Shown in pieces: positions 7,897 to 15,936 of a DNA stretch of 64,000 nucleotides. The stretch is from contig OZ251979.1 of the NCBI GenBank assembly GCA_965246755.1, positions 649,089 through 713,088 on the forward strand, written 5' to 3'. Source of the DNA: Alphaproteobacteria bacterium (GTDB lineage: Bacteria > Pseudomonadota > Alphaproteobacteria > UBA11073). A program made the translations under genes and the position numbers. The notes under the pieces were generated by a model that was not told the DNA's origin, ran no database searches, and saw nothing but the letters and a program-made list of their open reading frames with translations. Position 1 is the first letter of the stretch; each line of letters opens with the position of its first letter.

Positions 7897-9794
7897 TGCC
7901 CGTCATGCGCACTGTCAAAACCAATTTCACCGCGGGCGAAGTCACGCCGCGCCTGATCGGCCGCGGCGATCTGCGCGCCTATGAAAATGGCGCCCGCGCG
8001 CTGCATAACCTGTTTGTCTATGCCACCGGCGGCGTCACGCGCCGCGCGGGGCTGGAATATATCGATACCGCGGCGGGGGACGGGCGCCTGGCCAGTTTTG
8101 AATTTAATACCGAACAAAATTATCTGTTTGTCTTTACGCATTTGCAGCTAGCCATTTATCTGGACGGCGCGCTGGCCACCACGCTCGTGACGCCGTGGAC
8201 GCTGGCGCAGTTATCGCAACTCAATTGGGCACAGAGCGCCGATACATTTTTGGTGTGTCATCCGGATGTGGCGCCGGTCACCATTACACGCAGCGCCAGC
8301 GGCTGGCAGTTGGCCAATTGGCAGTTTGCCAGCGATCCTAACGGCGTGACCTATCAACCTTATTATAAATTTGCTGACAGCGCGGTCACCTTGACGCCAT
8401 CGGCCACGACGGGTGCAATTACCATCGTCGCATCAGCGGATTTTTTTGTGACCGGACATGCCAATACGATTTTTCGTATCAATGGCAAACAAATTATGGT
8501 CACCGCGATTTTATCGCCCACGGTGGCCAGTGCCACAGTGTTGGAAACACTGACAGCCCTTACCGCCACCACGAGCTGGCAGGAACAGAGTTTCAGCGCG
8601 GTGCGCGGCTGGCCGATTTCGGTGGTGTTCCATCAGGATCGCCTGGTCATCGGCGGCGCGCGCGATCTGCCCAACCGGTTGTGGCTGTCGCAATCGGGGC
8701 GGTTGTGGAATTTCAATCTCGCCACCGGCTTGGATGATGAAGCGATCGAATTCGGCATTTTGTCAGACCAGGTCAATGCCATCCGCGCGGTATTCTCGGG
8801 CCGTCATTTGCAGGTCTTTACCTCGGGCGCGGAATGGATGGTGACGGGAACGCCACTGACGCCAGCCTCTATCCAGCTGAACCGGCAGACCCGGGTCGGA
8901 TCAATCGCCACGCGCACGGTGGCGCCGGTCGATGTCGATGGTGCGACATTGTTTGCGGCGCGCAGCGGTCATGAGTTGCGCGAATTTTTATTCAACGACG
9001 GGGAACAGGCGTATGATGCCAACGATCTGTCGCTGATCGCGAGCCATATCGTCGTCGACCCGGTCTCAATTGCATATGATAAATTGCGCCGCTTGCTGTT
9101 TATGGTGCGCGCCGACGGCAGCTTTGCCACTTTAACGCTGTATCGCGCGGAAACTGTCACCGCCTGGACGCAGCACAGCACGGATGGTTTTGTCAAAGCT
9201 GTCACAGTGGTGGGCGATAATGTTTATGCGCTGACCAATCGTAACGGCGCTTATTTTATTGAACAGTTTGCCGATGGCGTACCGCTGGATGCGGCGCTGT
9301 CCGGCACCGCGCTGATGCCCACGACGGTATGGGGCGGCCTGGCGCATCTTAATGGGCGTACGGTCGATATCATCGCCGATGGCGTGGTGCAGCCAGCGCA
9401 AACTGTCGTGGCGGGACATGTTACTTTAAGCGAAGCCGCCATGACGGTCGCCGCCGGGCTGCCGTTTACGCATCGCATTGAACCGATGCCGCCCAACAGT
9501 TCCGGCACGGATGGTGCCGGGCGCACCGTGCGGCTGGTCGAAATCATATTGCGTGTCGCCAATACCGCGGCGCTGCGATTGGATACCGGCGCGGGCTTGC
9601 GTGACGTCGCGTTGCGGCCGGCGATCAATGCAGAATTTGTCGATGCCCCGCCACCGGCGATTGATGGCGATATCGCGGTGCGCGGCCGCGGCTGGCGGCG
9701 GGATTTGTCCAAACCCCTGTGGGTTATCGAACAAGATACGCCCTTACCCTTTACGCTGCTGTCGGTTGTGACGGCGGTGCATGTCAATCTTTAA
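7893..9794 (+). CDS. Tail tubular protein B (gp12-like nozzle) candidate
   Basis: 633-aa beta-rich protein overlapping the stop of tube A gene (ATGA); synteny with T7-like tail-tube pair; no direct motif match. Confidence 0.45.
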   Translation: MMPVMRTVKTNFTAGEVTPRLIGRGDLRAYENGARALHNLFVYATGGVTRRAGLEYIDTAAGDGRLASFEFNTEQNYLFVFTHLQLAIYLDGALATTLVTPWTLAQLSQLNWAQSADTFLVCHPDVAPVTITRSASGWQLANWQFASDPNGVTYQPYYKFADSAVTLTPSATTGAITIVASADFFVTGHANTIFRINGKQIMVTAILSPTVASATVLETLTALTATTSWQEQSFSAVRGWPISVVFHQDRLVIGGARDLPNRLWLSQSGRLWNFNLATGLDDEAIEFGILSDQVNAIRAVFSGRHLQVFTSGAEWMVTGTPLTPASIQLNRQTRVGSIATRTVAPVDVDGATLFAARSGHELREFLFNDGEQAYDANDLSLIASHIVVDPVSIAYDKLRRLLFMVRADGSFATLTLYRAETVTAWTQHSTDGFVKAVTVVGDNVYALTNRNGAYFIEQFADGVPLDAALSGTALMPTTVWGGLAHLNGRTVDIIADGVVQPAQTVVAGHVTLSEAAMTVAAGLPFTHRIEPMPPNSSGTDGAGRTVRLVEIILRVANTAALRLDTGAGLRDVALRPAINAEFVDAPPPAIDGDIAVRGRGWRRDLSKPLWVIEQDTPLPFTLLSVVTAVHVNL

Positions 9795-9813
9795 GCCTAT
9801 CCAAAGGAACCCT

Positions 9814-10299
9814 ATGTCAGGAATAACCTCCGTTGTCGCACCGCTGTTTGAAACGGCGGCCCAAGGCCTGGTGCAACATGCCGCGCGCAGCAGCCTGCAA
9901 AGCCAGTTTGACCGCGCCGCCAACCAGCAAAAAGCGGCCAGCGACGCGCTCCAGGAACAGCAGGCTGCCGATAACGCCGCCTTGCAAAAAAGCGCCTTGC
10001 AATCAAAGGCTGACGCTGACAGCGACACACGGCTGCGGCAATTGCGCGCCGGGCTTGCCAAAGCCCGCGCACATTTTGCCGCGCAGGGCATCGGCCCTGA
10101 TGACGGCAGCGCCGCTAATCTGCAGGAAACGGCATTTGCGAACAGTGCTGACGAACAGCAGTTTGCCGATGATGATTTAAGTAACCGCATGGCGCAGCTG
10201 GATCAAACGCTGGGCAATATTCAGGCGCGTAACCTGTTACAGCGCAGCCAGACGAAAAATAACCAGCTGCTGGGTTATCTGCATGATGCTGTTTTCTAG
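9814..10299 (+). CDS. Small internal virion-like protein (Ala/Gln-rich, coiled-coil)
   Basis: Start chosen at ATG 9814 with AAGGAA SD (track ORF begins 9781); occupies the gp13/gp14 position between tail tube and fibre genes. Confidence 0.3.
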   Translation: MSGITSVVAPLFETAAQGLVQHAARSSLQSQFDRAANQQKAASDALQEQQAADNAALQKSALQSKADADSDTRLRQLRAGLAKARAHFAAQGIGPDDGSAANLQETAFANSADEQQFADDDLSNRMAQLDQTLGNIQARNLLQRSQTKNNQLLGYLHDAVF

Positions 10300-10340
10300 C
10301 AGATTAGCTGATGAGCAGATGAGTAAGTGAACGAAGCGCA

Positions 10341-10368
10341 TATAGCCTCCCCACAAAGGGGAGACTAT
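10341..10368. repeat. Solo copy of small palindromic repeat (ATAGCCTCCCC-ACAAA-GGGGAGACTAT)
   Basis: Same CCTCCCC-ACAA-GGGGAGG palindrome occurs at the right end of the DUF559 element (about 17722-17745). Confidence 0.4.
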
Positions 10369-10425
10369 CCGCGCTTGATGTCTAATTTTTTGCGCGTCAC
10401 GCAATTAACACTAAGAAAGAAAACT

Positions 10426-12453
10426 ATGACCGATCATATCACCATTCCGGCTGTCATGCCGCGCATTCAATATACCGCAAACGGCAGCCAGACTGTTTAC
10501 GCCTATCCGTTTCCGATTTTCAGCACCAATGATCTTACGATCAGTTTTGACAATGTCGTGCAATATGCCGGATACATCATCACGGGTGCCGGCGCATCCA
10601 GCGGCGGTGCAGTGACATTCGCCCCAGCGCCACCGAACAATGTTATCGTCACGCTGGAACGCCGCCTCGCCATCCAGCGCAGCACCGATTTCCAGGAAGG
10701 CGGCGATTTTTCGGCGCGCAGCCTTAATAATGAATTTGACTATACGGTCGCCGCCTTGCAACAGGTGCAAAGCGACACTGCCGGCATGCTGCGTTTCGAC
10801 CGGTCGGAATTGCCCAATACGGTGACATTGCCCAGCCGCGCGTTGCGCGCCAATAAAATTTTGGGCTTTGATGGCAGTGGGAACCCTAAAAGCTACGATG
10901 CCGGGGCGGCGCCGTCGCCCGCGCAATTTGCGCCGACCGGTACGGGCGCCATGTCGCGCGCGGTCGCTGACCGTTTAAATGAAATCGTCTCGGTCAAGGA
11001 TTTTGGCGCCATCGGCAATGGCATTGCCGATGATACGCTGCCCATTCAAAAGGCGCTGAATGCGCATGCCAATGTGTTCGTGCCGCCAGGCACCTTTCGT
11101 ACCACCGCACCATTGATGGTGGGCCAAGGCCAGCAGTTATACGGCGCGGGATTCAGCAGTATTATCCACGGTGCCGATAACACTTTCAATCTGATCCAGA
11201 TGACGGCCGACTATGCCCGCGTGAGTTGCCTCAAACTGGAAAACGGCAATGCCGGCATCAAATTATTCGGTTTTAATGGCGTGTGTGTGCAAAACAGCGT
11301 CGCCGATGTCAGCATCTGGGATGCCAATTACGGACTGTTGCTGGATGGCTATAACGACACGAATTATCCCTGTTACTGGAACAACTTTCACCGCGTTTTA
11401 ATTGCGCGCCCGAAAATCCACGGCGTGTGGCTGACCAAAAGCGGCGCTGGCGATACGCCAAATGCCAACAAATTCCATGCGGTGCGCGTTTATTCCCTGG
11501 GCGCCAATATCACCGGCAGCGGTTTTTATGTGGAATACGGCCGTTACAATAATTCCTTTGTGGATTGCGAAGCCAATATCCACACCACCGGTCACAGCTG
11601 TTTTCGTCTGGGTGCCAATACGGAAAAAACCCTGTTTATCAATCCTTATGCCGAGGCGCTAGCCGCGTTGCCGAATTTTTACCTGGGCGCGGGTTCGGTT
11701 GAAACCAATATCATCAATCTATTATCCGCCGCGGCGGGTCCGGCGATTCAGGATTTATCCGGCGGCAATTACACGACCCTGAATAGCGGTTATCCCATTA
11801 AAAACCGGTTGAGTAAAACACTGGCCACTGATCTTACGGTCCAGCAATTGCGGTATGACACCAAGTTTATTGATGGCGTCTCGACGCTGAATGTTGATTT
11901 AACCACCTCCTGTTATCTGGTCAGCGCCTTTGGCGGCAATGTGACTGTTAATTTGCCAAATGCAGCCACTGCCGGCGGCGCCTCTGTCACCATCAAAAAA
12001 ACCGATCTCAGCGGTAATAACGTCATCATTCAGGAAACCGGCGGTGATGGCCCTGACAATCGCACCGTGGTGCTGGGCAGCCGCTATGATTACGTCACAT
12101 TGGTGTGCAACGGCGCAACCTGGTGGATTACCTCGGCCACGCAAAATCCCGCTAATACTTATTTTTATGACGGCCTGTCATTGGTGCAGCCGGACCTGTC
12201 GCGCCAAGTGTATCTGGTCAGCGCCTACAGCGGCGTGACCGAATGCCGGTTGCCGCCGGCCAATGCGGCCAATGCTGCCGGGCGCATCGTGACCATCAAG
12301 AAAACCGATGTCAGCACGAACAAGGTTAATGTCAGCGTGTCCGGCGGCGGTTACATTGATGGCGCCAGCTTTTTTACGCTGAACGTTATTTATGACGCGG
12401 TAACGGTTATTTCCAACGGTGCCAACTGGTTTGTCATCAGCAAGAAATCCTAA
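10426..12453 (+). CDS. Tail fibre/tailspike protein: T7 gp17-like N-terminal tail-attachment domain, pectate-lyase-type beta-helix, tandem duplicated C-terminal modules
   Basis: N-terminus aligns with T7 gp17 N-domain (IQYTANGSQTVYAYPFPIF... vs LTYQLDGSNRDFNIPFEYL...; LERRLAIQRSTDFQEGGDFSARSLN vs LRRVTSTTDRLVDFTDGSILRAYDLN). VKDFGAIGNGIADDTLPIQKAL is a pectate_lyase_3 signature. Two ~80-aa repeats begin CYLVSAFGG / VYLVSAYSG. Confidence 0.65.
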   Translation: MTDHITIPAVMPRIQYTANGSQTVYAYPFPIFSTNDLTISFDNVVQYAGYIITGAGASSGGAVTFAPAPPNNVIVTLERRLAIQRSTDFQEGGDFSARSLNNEFDYTVAALQQVQSDTAGMLRFDRSELPNTVTLPSRALRANKILGFDGSGNPKSYDAGAAPSPAQFAPTGTGAMSRAVADRLNEIVSVKDFGAIGNGIADDTLPIQKALNAHANVFVPPGTFRTTAPLMVGQGQQLYGAGFSSIIHGADNTFNLIQMTADYARVSCLKLENGNAGIKLFGFNGVCVQNSVADVSIWDANYGLLLDGYNDTNYPCYWNNFHRVLIARPKIHGVWLTKSGAGDTPNANKFHAVRVYSLGANITGSGFYVEYGRYNNSFVDCEANIHTTGHSCFRLGANTEKTLFINPYAEALAALPNFYLGAGSVETNIINLLSAAAGPAIQDLSGGNYTTLNSGYPIKNRLSKTLATDLTVQQLRYDTKFIDGVSTLNVDLTTSCYLVSAFGGNVTVNLPNAATAGGASVTIKKTDLSGNNVIIQETGGDGPDNRTVVLGSRYDYVTLVCNGATWWITSATQNPANTYFYDGLSLVQPDLSRQVYLVSAYSGVTECRLPPANAANAAGRIVTIKKTDVSTNKVNVSVSGGGYIDGASFFTLNVIYDAVTVISNGANWFVISKKS

Positions 12454-12469
12454 GCACTGAGATTGAAAC

Positions 12470-12775
12470 ATGTATCACGATATCACCGCGGCGCGCGCCG
12501 AGGTGCGGCTGCTGTTGCCGCAATTTCTACATCGCGTCGTACAATCTTATCAGGATTACCTGACCATGCCGGGTGCGCCGACGGCGGACGATCCTAAACA
12601 ATATGGCACCTATCATACGGGCGCCAAAACCGCATTGACGCATATTGAATTGTTGCTGCGCATGCATAAAAGTTTTGATGCCGGGGAGGATGTGACTGAA
12701 GATCACACCGCGGAACTGGCGGCGGCTCAGGCCGAACTTGATGGCTATGCATCAGTTGAGGCCGGTGATGCATGA
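12470..12775 (+). CDS. Small terminase subunit candidate (gp18 position)
   Basis: 101-aa acidic protein immediately upstream of and overlapping (ATGA) the large terminase gene, as T7 gene 18. Confidence 0.35.
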   Translation: MYHDITAARAEVRLLLPQFLHRVVQSYQDYLTMPGAPTADDPKQYGTYHTGAKTALTHIELLLRMHKSFDAGEDVTEDHTAELAAAQAELDGYASVEAGDA

Positions 12776-14277
12776 CATCTGTAGCATCATCGGGGCCAGC
12801 GTCGTCAGGGCCAGCCGGGTTTCCGCTGTTTCTCATTTTGTGGAACCGGCGGCAAAATTTAATGACGCCTGCGCATCAGCTGCGCATCGCCAACTGGCTG
12901 CACGACCAATGGCAGCGCGGCGAACGGCAGCTGTTGTTGCTGGCATTCCGCAACTCCGGCAAATCTACGCTGGTCGGGCTGTTTTGTGCGTGGCTGTTGC
13001 ACCAAAATCCTGATTTGCGGATTTTGGTAGTGAGCGCTGAACAGCTGCTGGCGGAAAAAATGCTGCGCCAGACGCGCACAATTATTGAAAGCCATCCGCT
13101 GACAGGCGGGCTTAAACCACGCGGCGCCACGCAATGGAGCGCGTTACAATTTACTGTTACGCGTCAGGCGGTGATGCGCGATCCGTCGATGCTGGCGCGC
13201 GGATTGGGCGCCAATATCACCGGCGCGCGGGCGGATGTGATTATCTGCGACGATGTCGAAGTACCGACAACGTGCCACAACCCGCAACAACGTGCGGCGT
13301 TACGCCAAGCATTAGGCGAGCTGGATTTTATCCTGACCCCAGGCGGCGCGCAGCTGTATATCGGCACGCCGCACAGTTATGACACGATTTATGCGGTTGA
13401 ACCGTGCCGCGGCGCGGGTGACAGCGTGCCGTTTCTACAAGGCTATCAGCGGTTGGCGATCCCGCTGCTGGATAAGGCCGGCCGCAGCGCCTGGCCGGAG
13501 CGGTTCGATGCGGCTGCCATCGCGCAATTACGCCGCAGCAGCGGGCCGCTGAAGTTCAACAGCCAGATGCAGCTGGAGGCGGTCAATAGCAGGGCGGCGC
13601 GTTTGGACCCGGCGCTATTGAAAAAATATGATGCGGAGCTGCGCTATGAAGAGGCCCAAGGCAGCGCGCAGTTATGGCTGGGCACCACGCAGTTGGTTGC
13701 GGCCAGCTGTTGGTGGGACCCGGCCTTTTCCGGCGCGCGTGATGGTAGCGTGGTGGCACTGGTGTTTGTGGATGGTGAAGGGGTTTATTACCTGCACCGC
13801 ATCGCTTATTTGAAAACCGATAGGCACAGTGCGGATGATGAGGCGACGCAGCAATGCGAGGCGGTGGCCAGTTTGCTGGACAGTTATTTTGTGCCGGTCA
13901 TCACGATTGAAACCAACGGCATCGGTAAGTTTTTACCGGCGCGGCTGCGCCAAGTGCTGGCGGCGCGCAAAATTCCCTGCGCGGTGCGCGAGGCACATGC
14001 GTCGCAGAATAAGGCACAACGTATTTTGGCGGCACTGGATGCACCACTCGCCGCGCAGGCGGTGTACGCCCATAAATCATTGTGGCAAACGTCGTTCATC
14101 ACCGAAATGCGCGACTGGCAACCCGCCAAAGCCAACAGTGCCGATGACGGTTTGGATGCAGTCGCCGGCGCGATTAGCGCAACGCCGATGCGTTTGAAAG
14201 GCATGGCGCAGGCAGCGGTGCGGGTGCGGTGGGGTAGCGTGGCGGGTTGGCGCGGCAAAACAGAGTTTGAGGTTTAA
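12772..14277 (+). CDS. Terminase large subunit, T7 gp19 family
   Basis: Clear alignment to T7 gp19: LLLAFRNSGKSTLVGLFCAWLLHQNPDLRILVVSAEQ vs [38 protein letters not shown] (Walker A); GARADVIICDDVEVP vs GSRADIIIADDVEIP (Walker B); YIGTPHSYDTIY vs YLGTPQTEMTLY; N-terminal FPLFLILW...AHQLRIANWL matches gp19 N-terminus. Confidence 0.85.
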   Translation: MTSVASSGPASSGPAGFPLFLILWNRRQNLMTPAHQLRIANWLHDQWQRGERQLLLLAFRNSGKSTLVGLFCAWLLHQNPDLRILVVSAEQLLAEKMLRQTRTIIESHPLTGGLKPRGATQWSALQFTVTRQAVMRDPSMLARGLGANITGARADVIICDDVEVPTTCHNPQQRAALRQALGELDFILTPGGAQLYIGTPHSYDTIYAVEPCRGAGDSVPFLQGYQRLAIPLLDKAGRSAWPERFDAAAIAQLRRSSGPLKFNSQMQLEAVNSRAARLDPALLKKYDAELRYEEAQGSAQLWLGTTQLVAASCWWDPAFSGARDGSVVALVFVDGEGVYYLHRIAYLKTDRHSADDEATQQCEAVASLLDSYFVPVITIETNGIGKFLPARLRQVLAARKIPCAVREAHASQNKAQRILAALDAPLAAQAVYAHKSLWQTSFITEMRDWQPAKANSADDGLDAVAGAISATPMRLKGMAQAAVRVRWGSVAGWRGKTEFEV

Positions 14278-14281
14278 CAGA

Positions 14282-14330
14282 AGCGAGACGCGAGAAGCGA
14301 GAAGCGAGATTTATGTCTCGCTGCTCGCCT
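14282..14330 (+). terminator. Tandem (A)GCGAGA heptamers ending in hairpin GCGAGA-TTTATG-TCTCGC downstream of terminase gene
   Basis: Four direct GCGAGA(A) copies then inverted TCTCGC; lies between terminase stop (14277) and next gene. Confidence 0.3.
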
Positions 14331-14363
14331 CTTGTTTCACGTTTCTCCTGAAAGGAGAAAACA

Positions 14364-14696
14364 ATGGAACCATTTGGAATTGATTTGCCGTGGTGGATCT
14401 CGGCGGTGGAAGCGCCGACCATTTCGGCATTGTTTATGTTCGTGATTAAAAGCCGCCGCGAGGCCGAACGTAAAGTCGCGCTGCTGGAAGGATCTATCAC
14501 GCATTTGCGCGGCAATATTATGGAACTGGTCAGCGCCTTTAAACTAGAAGTTGCCAAATCCTATGCCTCAACACAATCACTGCGGGAAGTGGAAGGGCGC
14601 CTGGTCGCGCATCTGAACCGCATCGAAGCCAAACTGGATGTGGAGTCGTATCGCGCACGCGCGGTGACGGCGAGTTTTGATTTTTTGAAGGATTAG
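14364..14696 (+). CDS. Membrane-anchored coiled-coil protein (holin/antiholin or i-spanin-like)
   Basis: One N-terminal TM (WWISAVEAPTISALFMFVI) then heptad-rich region; precedes cell-wall hydrolase gene; RBS sits in 3' arm of palindrome TTTCTCCT-GAA-AGGAGAAA (14342-14360). Confidence 0.35.
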   Translation: MEPFGIDLPWWISAVEAPTISALFMFVIKSRREAERKVALLEGSITHLRGNIMELVSAFKLEVAKSYASTQSLREVEGRLVAHLNRIEAKLDVESYRARAVTASFDFLKD

Positions 14697-14699
14697 CAG

Positions 14700-15269
14700 G
14701 TGACGTTGTTGTTATCCCGTTCCCTTGAGGGAGAGGATGCCCCTCATCCGGCTTATCGGCCACCTTCTCCTTCAAAGGAGAAAGACATTCCCAATTATGA
14801 GTTTAAAATGTCCAATATTATCTGTTTTCAATCCGCCGCCGCGGCACTCACTAGCCGCGCGGTGGATGTGCTGGCGCGCACCATTTGGGGCGAAGCGCGC
14901 AGTGACGGCCAAGCCGGGATGGAGGCGGTGGCTTGTGTCGTGAACAACCGTGTCGCCTATGCCCAGTCGCGCGTGTCGCGCAAATTTTGGTGGGGCAACG
15001 ATATTGTATCCGTCTGCCAGATGCAAAAACAGTTCAGCTGCTGGAACCGCACCGATCCGAATTATCAAAAATTACTAACAGTCACAGTGGCGGACCCGGC
15101 GTTTTACATGGCGGTACGCATCGCCAAATGGGCGGTGTGCAGCGCGCTCCAAGATATAACCAAAGGCGCCACGCATTATCATACGCGCAATATTCTACCG
15201 CAATGGGCAGTGGGCGCAGCACCGTTATGTGTGGTGGGGCATCATGTGTTTTATCGGATTACGGGATGA
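14700..15269 (+). CDS. Cell-wall hydrolase, SleB/CwlJ family (putative endolysin)
   Basis: LARTIWGEARSDGQAGMEAVACVVNNRV matches Hydrolase_2 (SleB) signature; GTG start per track with GAAGGA SD, alternative ATG at 14808. Confidence 0.6.
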   Translation: MTLLLSRSLEGEDAPHPAYRPPSPSKEKDIPNYEFKMSNIICFQSAAAALTSRAVDVLARTIWGEARSDGQAGMEAVACVVNNRVAYAQSRVSRKFWWGNDIVSVCQMQKQFSCWNRTDPNYQKLLTVTVADPAFYMAVRIAKWAVCSALQDITKGATHYHTRNILPQWAVGAAPLCVVGHHVFYRITG

Positions 15270-15368
15270 CAGGAACTGGGAACTGGGAATTAGGATAAGA
15301 TTTTCAATCTACTAGTACCTAGTTCTTTTTATTGATTTTTATAGCACCAATGAAGGATAATTGCCATC

Positions 15369-15902
15369 ATGTTACCAGCACTCCTCGCGTCCATCGGTCT
15401 GCCATTATTGGTTAAAGCCGTACAGGAAGGTTTGAATAAAATTGACAGTCCAGTGGCCAAGGCTGCGTCAAACGCTTTGGATGGTGTGAATACCGCAATC
15501 ACAACCGGCGCGATCCCGCTCGACCAGGTCAAAGAAGCCAACCGGCATCTGGAAGCGATCGCGACATTGGACAGTAGCGAGAACATGACCGCACTTACGC
15601 AGATTAATGAATCGCTGCGTACGGAAGTTGCGTCAGAAGATCCTTATGTCAGGCGGATGCGCCCGACCTTTGGCTATATTATGGCGGCAACCTGGGGCGC
15701 GCAAATGTTCGCGATCGCCTATACGATTGTGACCGATCCAAAATCCGCCGGCGCGGTTATGGACGGCATGTCGTCACTGTCCGCGATCTGGTCGGTTGGC
15801 CTCGCCGTGCTGGGCATTTATGTTTATAAGCGCAGCAATGAAAAAAGCGCACTGTCGCAACCGGGTAAAATAATTACCAAGGATGATATCATTTGGAACT
15901 GA
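15369..15902 (+). CDS. Putative holin-like membrane protein (3 predicted TM segments)
   Basis: Hydrophobic segments at N-terminus, ~aa 100-122 and ~aa 135-155; last gene of the phage-like block before host nhaP-like gene; AT-rich upstream region. Confidence 0.3.
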   Translation: MLPALLASIGLPLLVKAVQEGLNKIDSPVAKAASNALDGVNTAITTGAIPLDQVKEANRHLEAIATLDSSENMTALTQINESLRTEVASEDPYVRRMRPTFGYIMAATWGAQMFAIAYTIVTDPKSAGAVMDGMSSLSAIWSVGLAVLGIYVYKRSNEKSALSQPGKIITKDDIIWN

Positions 15903-15936
15903 TTGCGCTTTCCGGTAATCGCGCTATAGTTGCAGC

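Noticed and set aside
10327-10425. GTG start at 10327 for the tail fibre gene (track ORF)
   Set aside because: That N-terminal extension runs through the palindromic repeat and intergenic-looking DNA. Alignment with T7 gp17 N-terminus begins at the ATG at 10426.
14282-14310. Tandem GCGAGA(A) heptamers considered as a CRISPR or VNTR locus
   Set aside because: Only 4 short units with no spacers; better explained as part of a terminator hairpin after the terminase gene.
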